NCBI GenBank assembly: GCA_038496445.1
Contig: JALMLS010000179.1
Location: 1-64,000 of the forward strand
Source of the DNA: Trichosphaerium sp. ATCC 40318
Lineage: Eukaryota > Protista > Tubulinea
Length of the DNA: 64,000 nucleotides
Direction of reading: 5' to 3'
The notes below the pieces were generated by a model. That model did not search any database. It saw nothing but the letters and a program-made list of their open reading frames with translations, and had not been told where the DNA came from. This document shows, in pieces, positions 48,052 through 61,194 of the stretch. The stretch's first letter is position 1, and every line of letters starts with the position of its first letter. A program made the position numbers and the translations under genes.

Positions 48052-49435
48052 GCGACCATTTGAACTGTGGAGAGCGCCAGCGTAACAGAAATACGATATT
48101 TGTGAGCTCAAAGAAAAATAAAACTATTTGTTGGAAAATCCCGCGCACTTTGCGTCAAATAAATTCTAGTAGCTTTATTTTTAGTTCACACCAACCGTAT
48201 CGCACCGCGGTAAACCTATGCGACGATGGTGCCTGTAATGATGTTAGTGTTCGCGCGGTTCTACCACGCTGAACTCAACTGATTTGCGGTTAACGTCGCG
48301 GTTAAAAACAGAATTCCAGAAGCTACTCTGAGCCACTAGAACCCATCTGTATGGTTTAACAAGCCAATATAGCTCAATCTGAATGTACGGAATTCACCCA
48401 CTACAAAACCGCTCATTTTTACCCTAGGTTGTACAAACATCGATGCGAACAGCATCCTCCAGGGTTCTAAAACCCAAAAAAGTTTTCGGTTTAACACTCC
48501 GACCACAAAACCATGGAATGTTTTGTGGGATGTGACGCTTTCGCTTTTGTCGATCGTGTTGGCGCTTTACACCTACAAAACACCAAAAAAAAAAAAAAGG
48601 AGGGATTCTGTTCATCGATGGTATTTATTGGGCACAACCTTGTATGCGCGAACGTCTACCAAAACACAGCTCTTGATATGCGGTGCGCTTTTCGGTTTTT
48701 TGTAGCACCTGTTCCTGCTGAGCGAATGATACGATTGATGATCCAATACTCTTTCTATCGGTTCTCAGTTGGATTTTGGGCGGTAGGACCATGCCTCTAC
48801 GACGCCTACGTGCGGTGCTTATAAAAAAACCTTTGCGCTCTATTTTTCACTGTGATGACCGTGCAGCGATGTGTCCGGTTGTACTCTACTTCGGATTGGC
48901 GTATCTATTCTTGTGGCGAAGGTACGTGTTAGTGGTCATCCTGTGAATGCATCCATAATCGCAGTGGTGACTACAGCACGTAACAAACCTCTGGTGACTA
49001 CAAGTAGCCAACGACATTTATCCACTTAGACATATCATGTTTTTCACGTGGCACTGCGTCTTTTCGCGCTACTAATCTCTTTGTACTTTGACGTATGTTT
49101 TAGCGTTGTAACTCGTACTCTTTGTTTTTTTTTTGCCAGTTACGGCTTTATTCGCTTTTTTTATGTTGGAATAGCGTATTAATAATTTTGGGTACTACGT
49201 AGTGCGGTTTTGGGAGCCATGGTTCTCGTTCAGGCTTTTTTTCTGTTGTTTCATGAGAGTTGTTGAAAAAAAAACCAAAGTACTTTGGTTCGCTTTTAGG
49301 CAAGGTAACACTTTGCAATGGTCAATTGCAGTGATTACAATGGCGTGTTTCTTTTTAACGGGTTTCATGACTTCGTTTAAATACAGGAAACAACATAACA
49401 AAATCGCCAATTTTCTGGCAACCTGAAAACAAATA

Positions 49436-50095
49436 ATGTCTGATCCAAAGAGAGTTAAAGCTGTTGCAACACTAAAAGAAAAGCTGCTCGGTACCAAATA
49501 CCAATGCGTTAATGTTGATGACAGAGACGGAGATGCAGTTTTTTGGATGGCACATCCTGATGGTAAATCATTCGTTCGTGTTGTGAAGTTTGGGAAGTAT
49601 ATGGGCTTTACGCATACGTTTGAGCAGTTTGACGATATTTTTTTGGGGAAGAATACTATTTACGATACAGATGAAATAGAGGATCCCTTCTACCGTATGC
49701 TAGACGGCTGGACTGATGATGATCTCATAGCAGTGTTTAAGAATGAAATCGGCGAAGGCGAAGCTCCAGAGCAAAAGAAAGCTCCCTCCATGAAGATGGC
49801 ACTCAGTAAAGTTATGATGGACGATTTCAGGACGAAGAAAGGCACGGTGTGGCTACAACCGCTATCTTTCCCCAATGACGACAAAAAGTTCAATTATTAC
49901 TTCAATCTACCGGACGGTAAGGTTGTACGCGTAGGCGAGAAAGAAGTTCAGACTTGCGAGTGGAATATGGATCTTATTAAAGAATTACTTGCTGAGAACA
50001 AAGAAGCTGCTATTTTCGTTAATAGTGATGTTGTAGAGATGGAAAAAATCCCTGAAGAGATCAAAGCGAAGTTTGAAGCACATACAAAGGCTTAG
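49436..50095 (+). CDS. Hypothetical intronless protein, 219 aa
   Basis: Uninterrupted ATG-to-stop ORF with AATAAA downstream; no family recognised. Confidence 0.65.
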   Translation: MSDPKRVKAVATLKEKLLGTKYQCVNVDDRDGDAVFWMAHPDGKSFVRVVKFGKYMGFTHTFEQFDDIFLGKNTIYDTDEIEDPFYRMLDGWTDDDLIAVFKNEIGEGEAPEQKKAPSMKMALSKVMMDDFRTKKGTVWLQPLSFPNDDKKFNYYFNLPDGKVVRVGEKEVQTCEWNMDLIKELLAENKEAAIFVNSDVVEMEKIPEEIKAKFEAHTKA

Positions 50096-50338
50096 AAGCC
50101 AGTAATTCTCAATTTCTGTAAAACAATAAAATAGGCAATTTGCTGCTTCTATTTTTGGGTTTTTAGTCTGAACGGCGTTGTAGGAAAACGTACCACTAAA
50201 GTTTATGTACATACTGGTGTTTTAAATAGCCGATTCCTTAACAATACAGTAATAAGAGCAGTAGCCAAAAAAAGGTCAACTTGACCTAAAGAAACACCTC
50301 TTGCAGCATTATTTTAATGTCAGCTGTTGCTTGAGTTG

Positions 50339-52091
50339 TTATGTACAAGATGGATTTCTTAGAGACACTCATCATTATTTATCAACTCCAGTACATTTGA
50401 TTCAGCTTCTGCCATTTCTATTTCTTCGAAAGCAGCTACTTGTTGCAGAATAATTTAGTCTTAAACATAAATAAGTAAACACCAAAATACGCACTATAAC
50501 CGACGTATCCATAAACATATGTCTTTCTCTTGTACAACTTTGAAAATTTGTTTGAACATTTGGTAAGCATTTTCTTTATATGTACACCACTTGAAACAAG
50601 GACACTACTTCTGGGGGACTCTATAAGTGTAAGAGCTTAGATATGGGATGGGTTTCTGGCAGTGGATATCAACATACCTGCTGAAGAGTTTTTGCAGAAT
50701 GAAGAACTTAGTTCTTTCTTAACTTTAAGAGATTTGCAAGTCTCTGTGAATATCTTGTTCAAGCTGTTACCATCTATGTTCCTATATTGTGTTACAGTCA
50801 GTTATATCACATTAATAAACGTTATATAATTATACCCTCGAAATACAGCGTGACCTTGCTGAATCTCGTCAATTAAGTTTTTTGTGTCTATGAATGAATT
50901 GTCACTATTAAACAAATCTCTTGACATTCTTTCAACGCCACAGGTCATTTTTTCTTTGTGAGGAGCATACGGCGTCATAGATACGCTCCAAAATTTATGA
51001 GTGGGATCCATGAGAGCCATCTTAGTATAGTTCAACCCAAGACCTGAGAATAGACTTTGTTAGTACGTTTTAAGTGCTTTTTTGTCTTTTTTTTTTGTTT
51101 GGTACCTCGTGCAAAACGCATATCACATGTTATCCCACTCATAGCTTGAGATAGTAGTTTATTGTGATCAGAATACGATATGTTCGAATTAGTTATTTTC
51201 TTGGACATAAGATTCACCTTGTCGTGTTCAAAACAAAATGCCACACTAGAGTACATGATTGCATAATGAAGAGCAAGCACTCTACCATCGCGTGTTAGAA
51301 AGATTTTCTTAAATTAAGAATTCCCACGTATTGTATGGTGCTACAGCAATGCCAGGGGTTTCATAAGATGGTAATATACTATACACAGCTACAGTCTCAA
51401 TACCCAAAACACTATTCAACTCTTCCAAAATTCTTGAACCAATACCTTAAAAAAGGTTAACCATCTTTTTGGTTTATTGCATTGTTCTTGTCTAAAACCT
51501 TTACCTGAACCAGTACCCCCACCCATAGAGTATACCATTTGAATTCCCTCACAACTATCACAACACTCTATTTCTTTACGCAGTGCATCTACAGTCTCCT
51601 CCTGTACCTCCAGGCTTTTATCCTGAAAAACAAATTAAACTTTGGTAAATGACAGTTTTATCATTACGTAGTAACCCTTTGGCCAACTGCCACCTAGTTT
51701 CTAGAATGTTAGATACATCTAATACATAAACCACATGTACATACCAGAGCCATACCCTTCTGCAGTTGTAATAAAATTGTCAGGATTGTAGAACCTCCCG
51801 AACTGTCCACTTTTTATATAATCAAAGATATTGTGTTCTATTATCACGTGTTTAAGTTGACCATACACGTGATGAAACTAGCATACCTGTACTAATCATT
51901 ATACACCGTGGTGTATAACGACCATTTTGTCTTTGCCTGTAATACCTGCAAGCACTTGAAGTTAAGTCATTGCCTTTAGATTTTAGGTCGCCTTGTGGAT
52001 TTATGCCGTGCTCTTTGTTAATTGTTTCCCAAAATGACCACCCAAGTTCATTACCACATTTGCCGACTTGTATTTGAATAATTTCGCCCAT
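50339..52091 (-). CDS. Highly divergent beta-like tubulin lacking an acidic tail, multi-exon
   Basis: MGEIIQIQVGKCGNELG, GRYTPR, PDNF, WPKGYY, MGGGTGSG, VAPYN, MSGITCDMRF, EMAEAESNVLELI. Confidence 0.85.
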
Positions 52092-52278
52092 TCCCCGCTT
52101 GTTTACTTATTTTTTACAACCACGCTATCAGAGTAAAGATTTAACACTATTAACTGTGTTTCTTATCATTGCGACAACGTGAACTTCGTTGGTACCAACA
52201 GAAAACTAGTAATATAAGCCGACTAATCACTTAAGTCACAAGATAACAATGACGTGCTAAACAAATAAATTTGAAGCA

Positions 52279-52391
52279 TAAACTTGACTTGTCTATTATT
52301 GCTTTTGGTAATACTAGTCCTTAGCTAAGTGCTAAACTTGACTTGTCTGTTATTGCTTTTGGTAATACTAGTCCTTAGCTAAGTGCTAAAC
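52279..52391. repeat. Tandem duplication, 2 x 54 bp
   Basis: TAAACTTGACTTGTCT(A/G)TTATTGC...GCTAAGTGC occurs twice with one mismatch. Confidence 0.9.
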
Positions 52392-52431
52392 CTGTGGCAC
52401 AGATGTTGTCAAAGACGACATGTGTGTTTAT

Positions 52432-54701
52432 TTATGGTATTGGAAAGACAATCGCCGCAACACCATGCAAAGGTACATCAACTTGAAATTGAATAGTATT
52501 GTCAACTGGACTCGATGATGTTATAACTTTTGGAGTGAACTCTGAGCTTGACATCATTTCTTGATTTTGTACTAACCACACAGTGAGAAAAAAAAAAAAA
52601 GGATAGTTTTGGGTGACGTACATGGTGTTGGGTATTCGGGTTTGCCCATACTTATCCACTTGTTGTAAGCGTTTGCGTTTTGCTCATCAATTCTCATGAG
52701 AGATGCTTGAACAGCAGTCTTTGCAATGTTCTCCATTGAGATGCAGATTGTCTAGGTTCGTGTCAGACAACTCTTTTTTTTTTAACTCTCTATAACATGC
52801 TCGCTTACCTTTGTATTCATTGGTGCAGTTGGTATGTCGTGATTGTATAGGAGTGTTATGACATGCGTGGCATTTGTTGTAACAAGTACACCAGCTGTAT
52901 CATCACTATACACTTGTTATTAATGAAAAGCAACTGCTTTTTGTTTTCTAGCTTTATGTACCTTCCAGATACGTCAACACGTTTATCTCCAGTCATATGT
53001 AAGAGTTGAAATGCTCTGTATGCTGGTTTTGGAATGCTGTAGATGTTTTGAAGACCAAATCCTGAAAACATAAAGTAAGATCTTTCCTTTTTGGTAGAAA
53101 CTCATGTACAGTTTGCTTACCTTGATGGAATGGTACAGATATCATACCTCCTTCTTCACTAAGCTCAGTTAATAATGTAATTACTTAATTTCAACAAGGC
53201 GCTATACGTACAATACATCGGTGAATGTCCACCACGATAGAATATCAACAATGCCATAAATGTCTAACAACAAATGATTACAACAATGAAAACAATAAAT
53301 AATAAATGTGATAAAAGGTACCTATCATGTTAAATACAGCAAAAGAACTCGCATAAGTTGTGTCATGGCGATGAAACAACCCGTCATTTGTTTCAGTGTA
53401 ATAAAGGGGCATATCACCAACAGTTTTACGAACAGAAGTCATTACCTTGGTACAATGTTAGCGTGCGACTATTTAACAACTTTTGAATCATACCTGTTTG
53501 AGAATGCCTCGTTTCAAAGGAGAAATGTCGGTTGGATACTCATGTGTTGATATGAAATCCAAAGAAACATTGTTCTTCTTTGCATAAGCAAGTGTTTCGT
53601 TTATCCATCCACTTTGACATGTCGCTGGACCTCCCACTAGCATGTACATTACTCCAAAACCCATTAAGATTATAACGTGCCTTTAAGTCGTGTGTCAACG
53701 CCTTTGATTGCTGCTGATGTTGTTTTTAGAAGCTCAAAGTATGTTTCTTGAGAGCCAGTCTAGAAGCTGTTAGCTTGGGTACTTCTCTTACAAGTTTATA
53801 CTCACAAAGAAATTACAATTAGGTTCGTTCCATGTCTCGAAATGCCATGTACTAACTTCATCGATACCGTACCTGTAAAATACAAAATACAATAAGTTTT
53901 GGTAGAAACAATAAATTATGTGACAAGTAGTGGAAGAAAATGACACGTGCCTTTCTACTAAATGCTTAGCAAAATTTGATATCAAATCACCCCACATTAC
54001 CATCGTCTTTGGCGGAGTTGTATTTCCTTTATAGTGCATAATGGTAGTTGTGCCGCTTGCAATGTGCTCTGGCATAAAGCTTAATAGATTTAAGTCATTA
54101 CAACCACATAAACAATTTTGGTAGTGCTGCTAACCTGAGTTCAACCAGAGGTTTCATTCCAATGCTCAACAAGAAGTCAAATAAGGAGTCAACGTTGAAC
54201 CAGCTATATGTCGAACCAAGCATAACACTCACTAAGTATTACGAGGTAAGAAACGCGGATCCATAAAGGATGAAACCAAAAAAGCTCAGTGGACAAGAAA
54301 TGTCGTACTATCATCGTCGAAAAGTCCATGAAATCTTACTGATTGGAACCTGTATCATCATATGTTAATCACGTGTTTAGAACCGCTTTTTTTTTATTGG
54401 TAAGTTCTCTCGTACCCAAGTTCATCGTGAGCTTTTCTTAGATGGCTTCTCCAGTCTTCCCTCAATCCAAGAACTGCGTGACCGCTTCCAACACATCTAT
54501 TTACCACCATTAGTCAAGTTATTTGTTTAAACTATCGCTACCTTTCCCAGTAGTGATCCCAATCAGTTTTTGGCTTTATCCGTTAATAACCAACAAGGTA
54601 AATGTTAAACAGTGTACCTTTTCAAAGTTTGCTGTAAAGCTTACGCATGAAGCTGTAACGTAGACTACGAAAACAGCAAGTAAAATAAACCTGTTCATCA
54701 T
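52432..54701 (-). CDS. Secreted glycoside hydrolase family 39 (beta-xylosidase/iduronidase-like), multi-exon
   Basis: Signal peptide; CVGSGHA; VRFHGLFDDD; FETWNEPN; GGPAT; FISTHEYPTD; LYYTE; FGL..IPKPAYRAF. Confidence 0.88.
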
Positions 54702-55146
54702 GACTAGAGCTTGTGTTTCTGAGTTAGAAAAGAAAGGAGCTGACCAAACCATCGATGGTTTTAATATGAATACACAACGTCAGAGGAACGTTTATCACTG
54801 TAAATCGTACGAGCAGTTTAAACTGGTGATGTCTCATGTCAGAATTCCAAACTGTATTGAACGCTACGTCTTCATGACATTGCAAGCGCTTAGTCGATCA
54901 CACGAAGAATGTAGTGCACACCCAAAAAAGCCTTCAAAAAACTGCAAAAAATTGTGGCTGTTTTTACACGCCATGTTGAGTTCTAGTTTATGGTTAAGAC
55001 TTACAAACCAAGTGTAAAAAGTTGAAGAAGTTGTCAGCTGCAAAAATACTGCCATGCGATGAAACATAGGTTGAAATTTGCAACAGAGTACACGTGACTA
55101 CTGTTGAAGCACAATTATGATTGAATTATTACATTTACATTATTAT

Positions 55147-57235
55147 TTACAGTGTAAAGTCCCTTTCGCCATGTCGTCTCAGTAACTGTATAAGCACAGA
55201 CTTAGGTCCAAATGGTAGTTCATTTTCTTTGAACAAACTATCTGGGTTCTGAGCCATTGCATTAAAGGATAGACCATCAACACTTGCTTTTTTAAGCCAT
55301 GGAAAAAGTGCATTGTCTTCCTTCATGTCAGGTGCAACACGTCTTATAAACTGTATCAGATCTCCTGTTGTCATATCGTTGTTCACTTCTTCTCTTCTTA
55401 GATACGAACTACCATTTTCTGGTGTATCTAGTAGAGGTATAAAAGGCATGCTACTGATTGCATTTGAATCATTTAGTGACATCAACTTTTGCCGTTTAGG
55501 AGAAGGACTGTAGTTCTAGAATAGATCATAAGATACAGTATTAAATGTCCATTGCGTACTAAACGATTCCTCCGCTTTCTATCCGATACATCTTCAGTAA
55601 GTGAACAGTTTTCATCGCTCCCAATAGGAATACTATCCTAAAAAGACATAGTTACTAATTGTTGTACACATGGCTAGCAACGTTGGGTTTATGTTTAGTT
55701 TGCGTACATCATGTCTATACTCAAAAAAGTAGTTTGGATCACTCAACCCAGGCTTGGCAGTGCGGAGGTATACGCCAGCAAACTAGGCTTGTCAACGAAG
55801 ACGCAGTAATGTGGGCTTGGTTCACTTTTTGTTAGCGTGCCTGAGTACCCAGCCAACCACATCCTGTTTCAGTTTTGAAGTCTGGGACCACTTCAGTACA
55901 TGAAGGATCAGTATATTCGTCGCATGATTTTGCCATTAACTGTAATTTGGTTAAACTAGAAAGAAGTTATTCTCATACTTTGCTGATTCTGTACCTTGGA
56001 TGCTTCATGCCTACATACACATCTTTAACGCTTGTCCCAAATGTAAAATTTCTATCCTTCGGTTCTTTTTTAAACTTCTCCAGAGCTGTCATGATTTGAC
56101 TGCGTTGGAGCAATGCTGCAACCAGAAAATTGTAAGAATTTGTTTACAGCAAGATTCTCTACTGCACGCATAAAGCACGTTACCCTTACCTTTAGTGTTT
56201 GTATCTATTAGTAACCGCTTAATTCTTTCCAAATTTTTATGAGCACGTGGTGTTTTACTTTTCTTTATTATTGGTCTTGAAACTACTTTTGATTTTCTAC
56301 CATTTCTAGCTATAGCTTTTGTTGTTGGCTTCACTTCAGACTCAGGTAAGGCCTTTGGTTTAGGTGAACGGTTAGAACGTCTTGGTGATAAGCCTTCATG
56401 CCGTTCAGGCATAATTTCCTCCTTAGGAGACTGCAAAATAGGTTGTGGCGGCGTGAGAACTAAAGCTCAGTAAACAGTTTATTCCAAAGTAAGACGTACC
56501 AAGCGGCGGCGGTGGCACTTTTTTTGCAACGCCTTCAACGATTTTGTACTGTAGGTGTATTCTCTGGCTTGTGTTTGGAATCTCTGCCATGCTTTTAGAT
56601 AGTCTAGCAACGTGTTTATCATACTCAGGTAACTTTCTAAATATACAAACAGTTAGCCAAGCCTAATCATTTTTATTTTAGTTTATTCCGCCGTTACTCC
56701 GGCGAAAGGCCGCTTACGCCTATAAACCGCTCCCTGCGCATGCGGCACGTGGGTGCATAAAATGCGAGAGGCTCGTTACTATCGCCACGCCGGGCAACAA
56801 ACACGCGCCTAGAGCCAATACATGGCCATTATTTATAGGCACTATGCTTGCTGAACGACAGGCAGCAATAAAAGAATTAAAAAAAGCCTTGTCGCCGTAG
56901 CGACGTTCCTACAGCGTAGGGCGTGCTATCGCGATACTTTATAGGCAAGAGGTGCTACCAGGCGTACCGATTCCATGTACGTCCTTTATGCTGCTCGTCT
57001 ACACACCATATATGAGATAGCACGTGATTCGTTCGGCGGTGACAGAAGCGCCAGGATCCTTTCCAAAATACCGATCGTCGTTTAGCTTTACAAGACTCTG
57101 ACATACATACAAACAACTTGTCACATTTAAAGGAGGCCGTGGCACTGTTCCACGCCTAGATAGTGAGGTTGTGAGGTTTCAGTTTATACTCTACTGTACA
57201 AAATAGGGGCGTACTCCTTCTGGTATTTCTTCCAT
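55147..57235 (-). CDS. Hypothetical protein with a basic low-complexity region and a C-terminal SAM-like domain (model uncertain)
   Basis: Co-oriented exons; the C-terminus 'LKKASVDGLSF...ENELPFGPKSVLIQLL' resembles a SAM domain. The 5' exons are tentative. Confidence 0.4.
56686..57096 (-). ncRNA. Unassigned GC-rich structured RNA candidate(s)
   Basis: GC-rich island with no listed ORF and multiple stems; the minus-strand terminal stem GTCTTGT/ACAAGGC is followed by a T run. Confidence 0.4.
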
Positions 57236-57709
57236 TGTACACTTGGTATGGATATGTTTTATTTATTGCAGAAGTTTTTGGTTAGTTCAAGTTCAGTAAA
57301 AACAGATAATCAGCCATTAAGCTTTGTTATCACGCTGACTTATCACTTTGTTACAAAAAGTGTGATTTCCTAAAACATGGTGCGGATGGATGTAAGCTCT
57401 AGGACCAACCTCACACAATAAACAGTGCAGCTGACAAACAAAAACGTTGGAGCATACAAGATCAGCATTCGATTTTGCAAGTGAGTTACAAACTATGTGA
57501 CAACGATTGCACAAAATAACGATGGGGAAACAACCTACTACTATTGTAGATACGTATAATAACCATACCCTATTGGTTGTCAGCCAATTGAATGTTTGTG
57601 TGAAGCAAAGAACCTATGACGTTTGTAATATACTATTTTAATCAGTTATCAATCTTAGTTTTGTACACAGTATTTAATTTACAATTTTCTTTGTTATGAG
57701 TGAATAGAG

Positions 57710-58214
57710 CTAAACAATATAGCCAGCATATCGCGTACTTTCTCTGCGTACACGTTTTTCAGCTTGTGGTAATGTAGTTCCTCTTGTGGATGGAAAAGCA
57801 AAAACTCTCGGAGACAGTACTTTTGGCTCTTGTGGTACTTGTAGTTGTGGCTGAGGTTCAAATGCTCGTGGGTGCGGATCAATCTGCAACAGCGTTATTA
57901 ATTTGCATTGTACCAAATGAGCGATGATTACGTGCCCTGCGCCTTGGTTTAGCTACAGTGAGGTGTCCACCAAAAGGTTTGTATTGAATTTCCTCAGGAA
58001 TGAACGACACGTGATTGGGCCACATAGCTTCTTGTAGTTCTGGATCATAATAATCATGAGGGTACAAAGGCTCCTGAATTAACGTAAATCGGAATTCTGT
58101 AGAGCGAGTAATTTATCAAAACAAAAAGAGTAATACCTCAGGTTTATCCGATAAGAAGTTCATCTCGTTCCATGGGTATTTCAGAGCTGGGTCGTTACCG
58201 TTGCAAATGTTCAT
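57710..58214 (-). CDS. Small hypothetical Pro-rich protein, 2 introns
   Basis: ATG 58214; GT-AG introns join ORF fragments 57879-58067 and 57710-57916. Confidence 0.45.
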
Positions 58215-58802
58215 TTTATTTTTATTGAGGGAAGTGTGTTTGTTTCGTGTATGGCGAATCAAAAGTGACGATTGAACTCAATCAAGCTATCTTTTTCAAT
58301 CTTTGTTATTCACAGAATCTAAAAAGGTCTTGCGGATTCGATTGTAGGCTTATACGCGTTTGAATGCTTGTAATTATCGACTCAGATACTAGTTGACCTT
58401 GTGGGAACTGTTGATGGCGTTTTACGGATGTTTGATCTTATTTTATGAAGTTGCGAAGTCAGTCGGAGTAAACACCTTAAGAACGTTTAAAGGAACCGGT
58501 AAATTGCGTAAACACATGGTCTATGATGGAAACTTCAAAGACACAAGAATTTAAAGCTATCCGGAAAAATAAAAACAGCCACAGGCGTCATGAGGTTAAT
58601 AAAGTATCATGCCGCTATGAAATTGTACTGAAATGATTTATTGTACGCGTTATAACCGTATTAGGTGTCTCACGAACGTACACGCCTTCAAACAACTGCT
58701 GCAGAACAGTACGTAGCATGAGAGTAATAATTCATAGTATTAACGCAGAAAAGGGCGAGGTGGAAGCGTTTAACATGGAAATCAAGACAAAAAACACTCA
58801 AT

Positions 58803-60905
58803 ATGGCTGAATTACTATCGGAAGCAGAGGAAAAAGCAATTTTAACAGCGAGAGTGTGTGTACAATGCGAGTAAGTTATTTTCCGAAAACGCAACGTTTA
58901 AAGGCGTTACGACGCTTCGAACATAAGTTTCCACATTTATTTTAATGCCTATGAGTCCTCTCGCTACTTTTTACAACTCACAATTCATCTTCTCCTAGAA
59001 AAGGATTTGGTAACTTACTCGGTGTAAGAAAGGACGCGTGCTTACTATGCAGGTACTAACCAACAAGCTTACCCTTCATTTTTCGTTGACACGTGACAAG
59101 GCGACCTGTGTGTACAACATGTTTGCGCTTTCCATTGGACTACACGCCACCATCTAAAGGTACGCAAAGGCAAACTCAACAGTAAAGATTAGTTGTCGTG
59201 TTTTAAAATGATACTGTTTGTTTATTTGAAAACAATTCCCGTTTTTTTGCGAACAAAAACTCCGTGATTTTGCGCTTAGCGCTCACTACATACTCGTATT
59301 ATGTTATTATTATTGAGGGTTTGAAATGTACTTGATTGTTATTTATTCGGTTTGTTTTAGAGCAACTACAAGTGTGCAGGCGATGTTTTATTATCATGAG
59401 ACGAATTTTTTATCGACAAGAGTTCATGAAGCGTCTAAAGGAATTTAATGATACTGAGTTTAGTATATGGTATGGAACTATCATATCACTACGTACAGGG
59501 ATAATAAGAACAATGCCTCTGTTCAGGTAAGTCGAATAATGATTAATGTTATTATTTTAAAGTGTCAAAATTTTGACATGGAGCTTTAGAGGTCTCGTGT
59601 ACTCCCTCACTGGTATGGGAGGTAGCGTTGATTTTTTTGTTCTTCCGGAGGAAGTTGACGTTGGTGCTCTTTTGGATATGAAGAAGGAGGCAATATCTTC
59701 TCAAGGATCTCTTGGAAGACAGTTTAAAAACTTAGAAAAAAGAGTAAAACTTATTACAAAGGTTGAAGTACGTTAACAAAAAACTTATTGTTTCACATTG
59801 CTGGGATCTTTGTTCATTTAATTATATAGGTTAAACGCCATTGTGATGAATTACTAAAGAGGCATATTGGTATAGCATTAGCTCAGTTCTTGCAAGTACG
59901 AAGAGAAAGAAATTGAAGATTCATCAAATATTACAATGAAAAAAAGTTGTTTATGATTTTGTAGGTTAATCTTCCAGAGTATAGGTTTTTATCCAAAGTA
60001 AGTATTTATTCACAACGCTCTGTTTTTGTTCTAGACACTAATACTACTAAAAGACACTTGGTGATTGGATAAATAAACCAGCAGTTATAAACGTATTTGA
60101 GAAACATCTGAAGAGGTTAAAGCAAAGAAAGATAGATGAAGAAAATGGTAAGCGTCAACGTGATGAGATTGATGCAGTGCGTAAATCGAATAATGATCGC
60201 CAAGTAGCAGCTGATAAGGTAGCATCTCCACCAAAGAGAGTTCCTAAAGGTACAATTACAATAAAATTTGAGACTGTAACTTTTTTTTGGAAAGATTTGA
60301 ATTTTTGACTTTGTTTTACCTTTTGTTCTGTTGAAACTTATTTTACTGTTTAGCTAAAAGTCCGAATATGTCACAATCAAATTCTCCTGAAGGTGGAACA
60401 GATATCTTCCGTGCATTATCTTCAGTAGGATCTATGTTCAGACCTAACTCACCACAAGCTTCAACACCTAAAACTCACGTTGATATTATACAATGCAATC
60501 CTGCGGTATTACATATATCTGGAGGAGAGATAAAACTACGTTGTAGAGGTGTTGGAAAGTACGTAAAGCTACAAACAATCATAGCAAAAAACTCAAAATC
60601 TTTTTTTAAGCACCGTAAAGATTTTTGTACCAAAGCACAATAACGCAATAAAACCATCCTTTATTGAACAAGACGGTGATGAAACAACTATAAAGGTACA
60701 ATAATACAATAAAACGTTGTTCTCGGATGCTGATTTCCATAAGGTTCGGTTGCCAGCAAGGGATAAACAAGGACCTTCTGCAATACGTGTTCTTAATGCT
60801 CAAGGTAGCGCTGCAGAGTTTCCTATTCACTATATTGATGATCCAGCAATATTACAATCAAGCAATGCTAAAAGGAGCGGTGAGCAGCCGCGACATGGTC
60901 ACTAA
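58803..60905 (+). CDS. FYVE-like zinc finger + C-terminal IPT/TIG-like domain protein, multi-exon
   Basis: Spliced CVQC..CLLC..CTTC..CRRC; C-terminal 'IIQCNPAVLHISGGEIKLR..VRLPA..IRVLN'. Confidence 0.55.
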
Positions 60906-61194
60906 ATCCATAATATCAGACCAAAAAACACGTGTATTTTTATTCCAAAACCATAAAAAAAACCCAAGAAAAGTTGTACATAATAAAGACAAACAGTAAT
61001 AGACTTTTTCGCGTTACCCTTTGTGAACCATAGTATGCAAACAAGTTATGAAAACAAATCACATGTTCAAAGTGAGACATGTGAGATTACATGCTTGGCA
61101 TCATTGTGATTCTTGAAGAACAATAGTATTCTAACAAAGAACATGGCTTGTGGAACTCGTTTATGTTAAAGTTGACTACAACAATTTCATGACA

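Noticed and set aside
56905-56925. TPP-riboswitch-like CAGCGTAGGG
   Set aside because: The upstream CTGAGA and CCTGA core motifs are absent.
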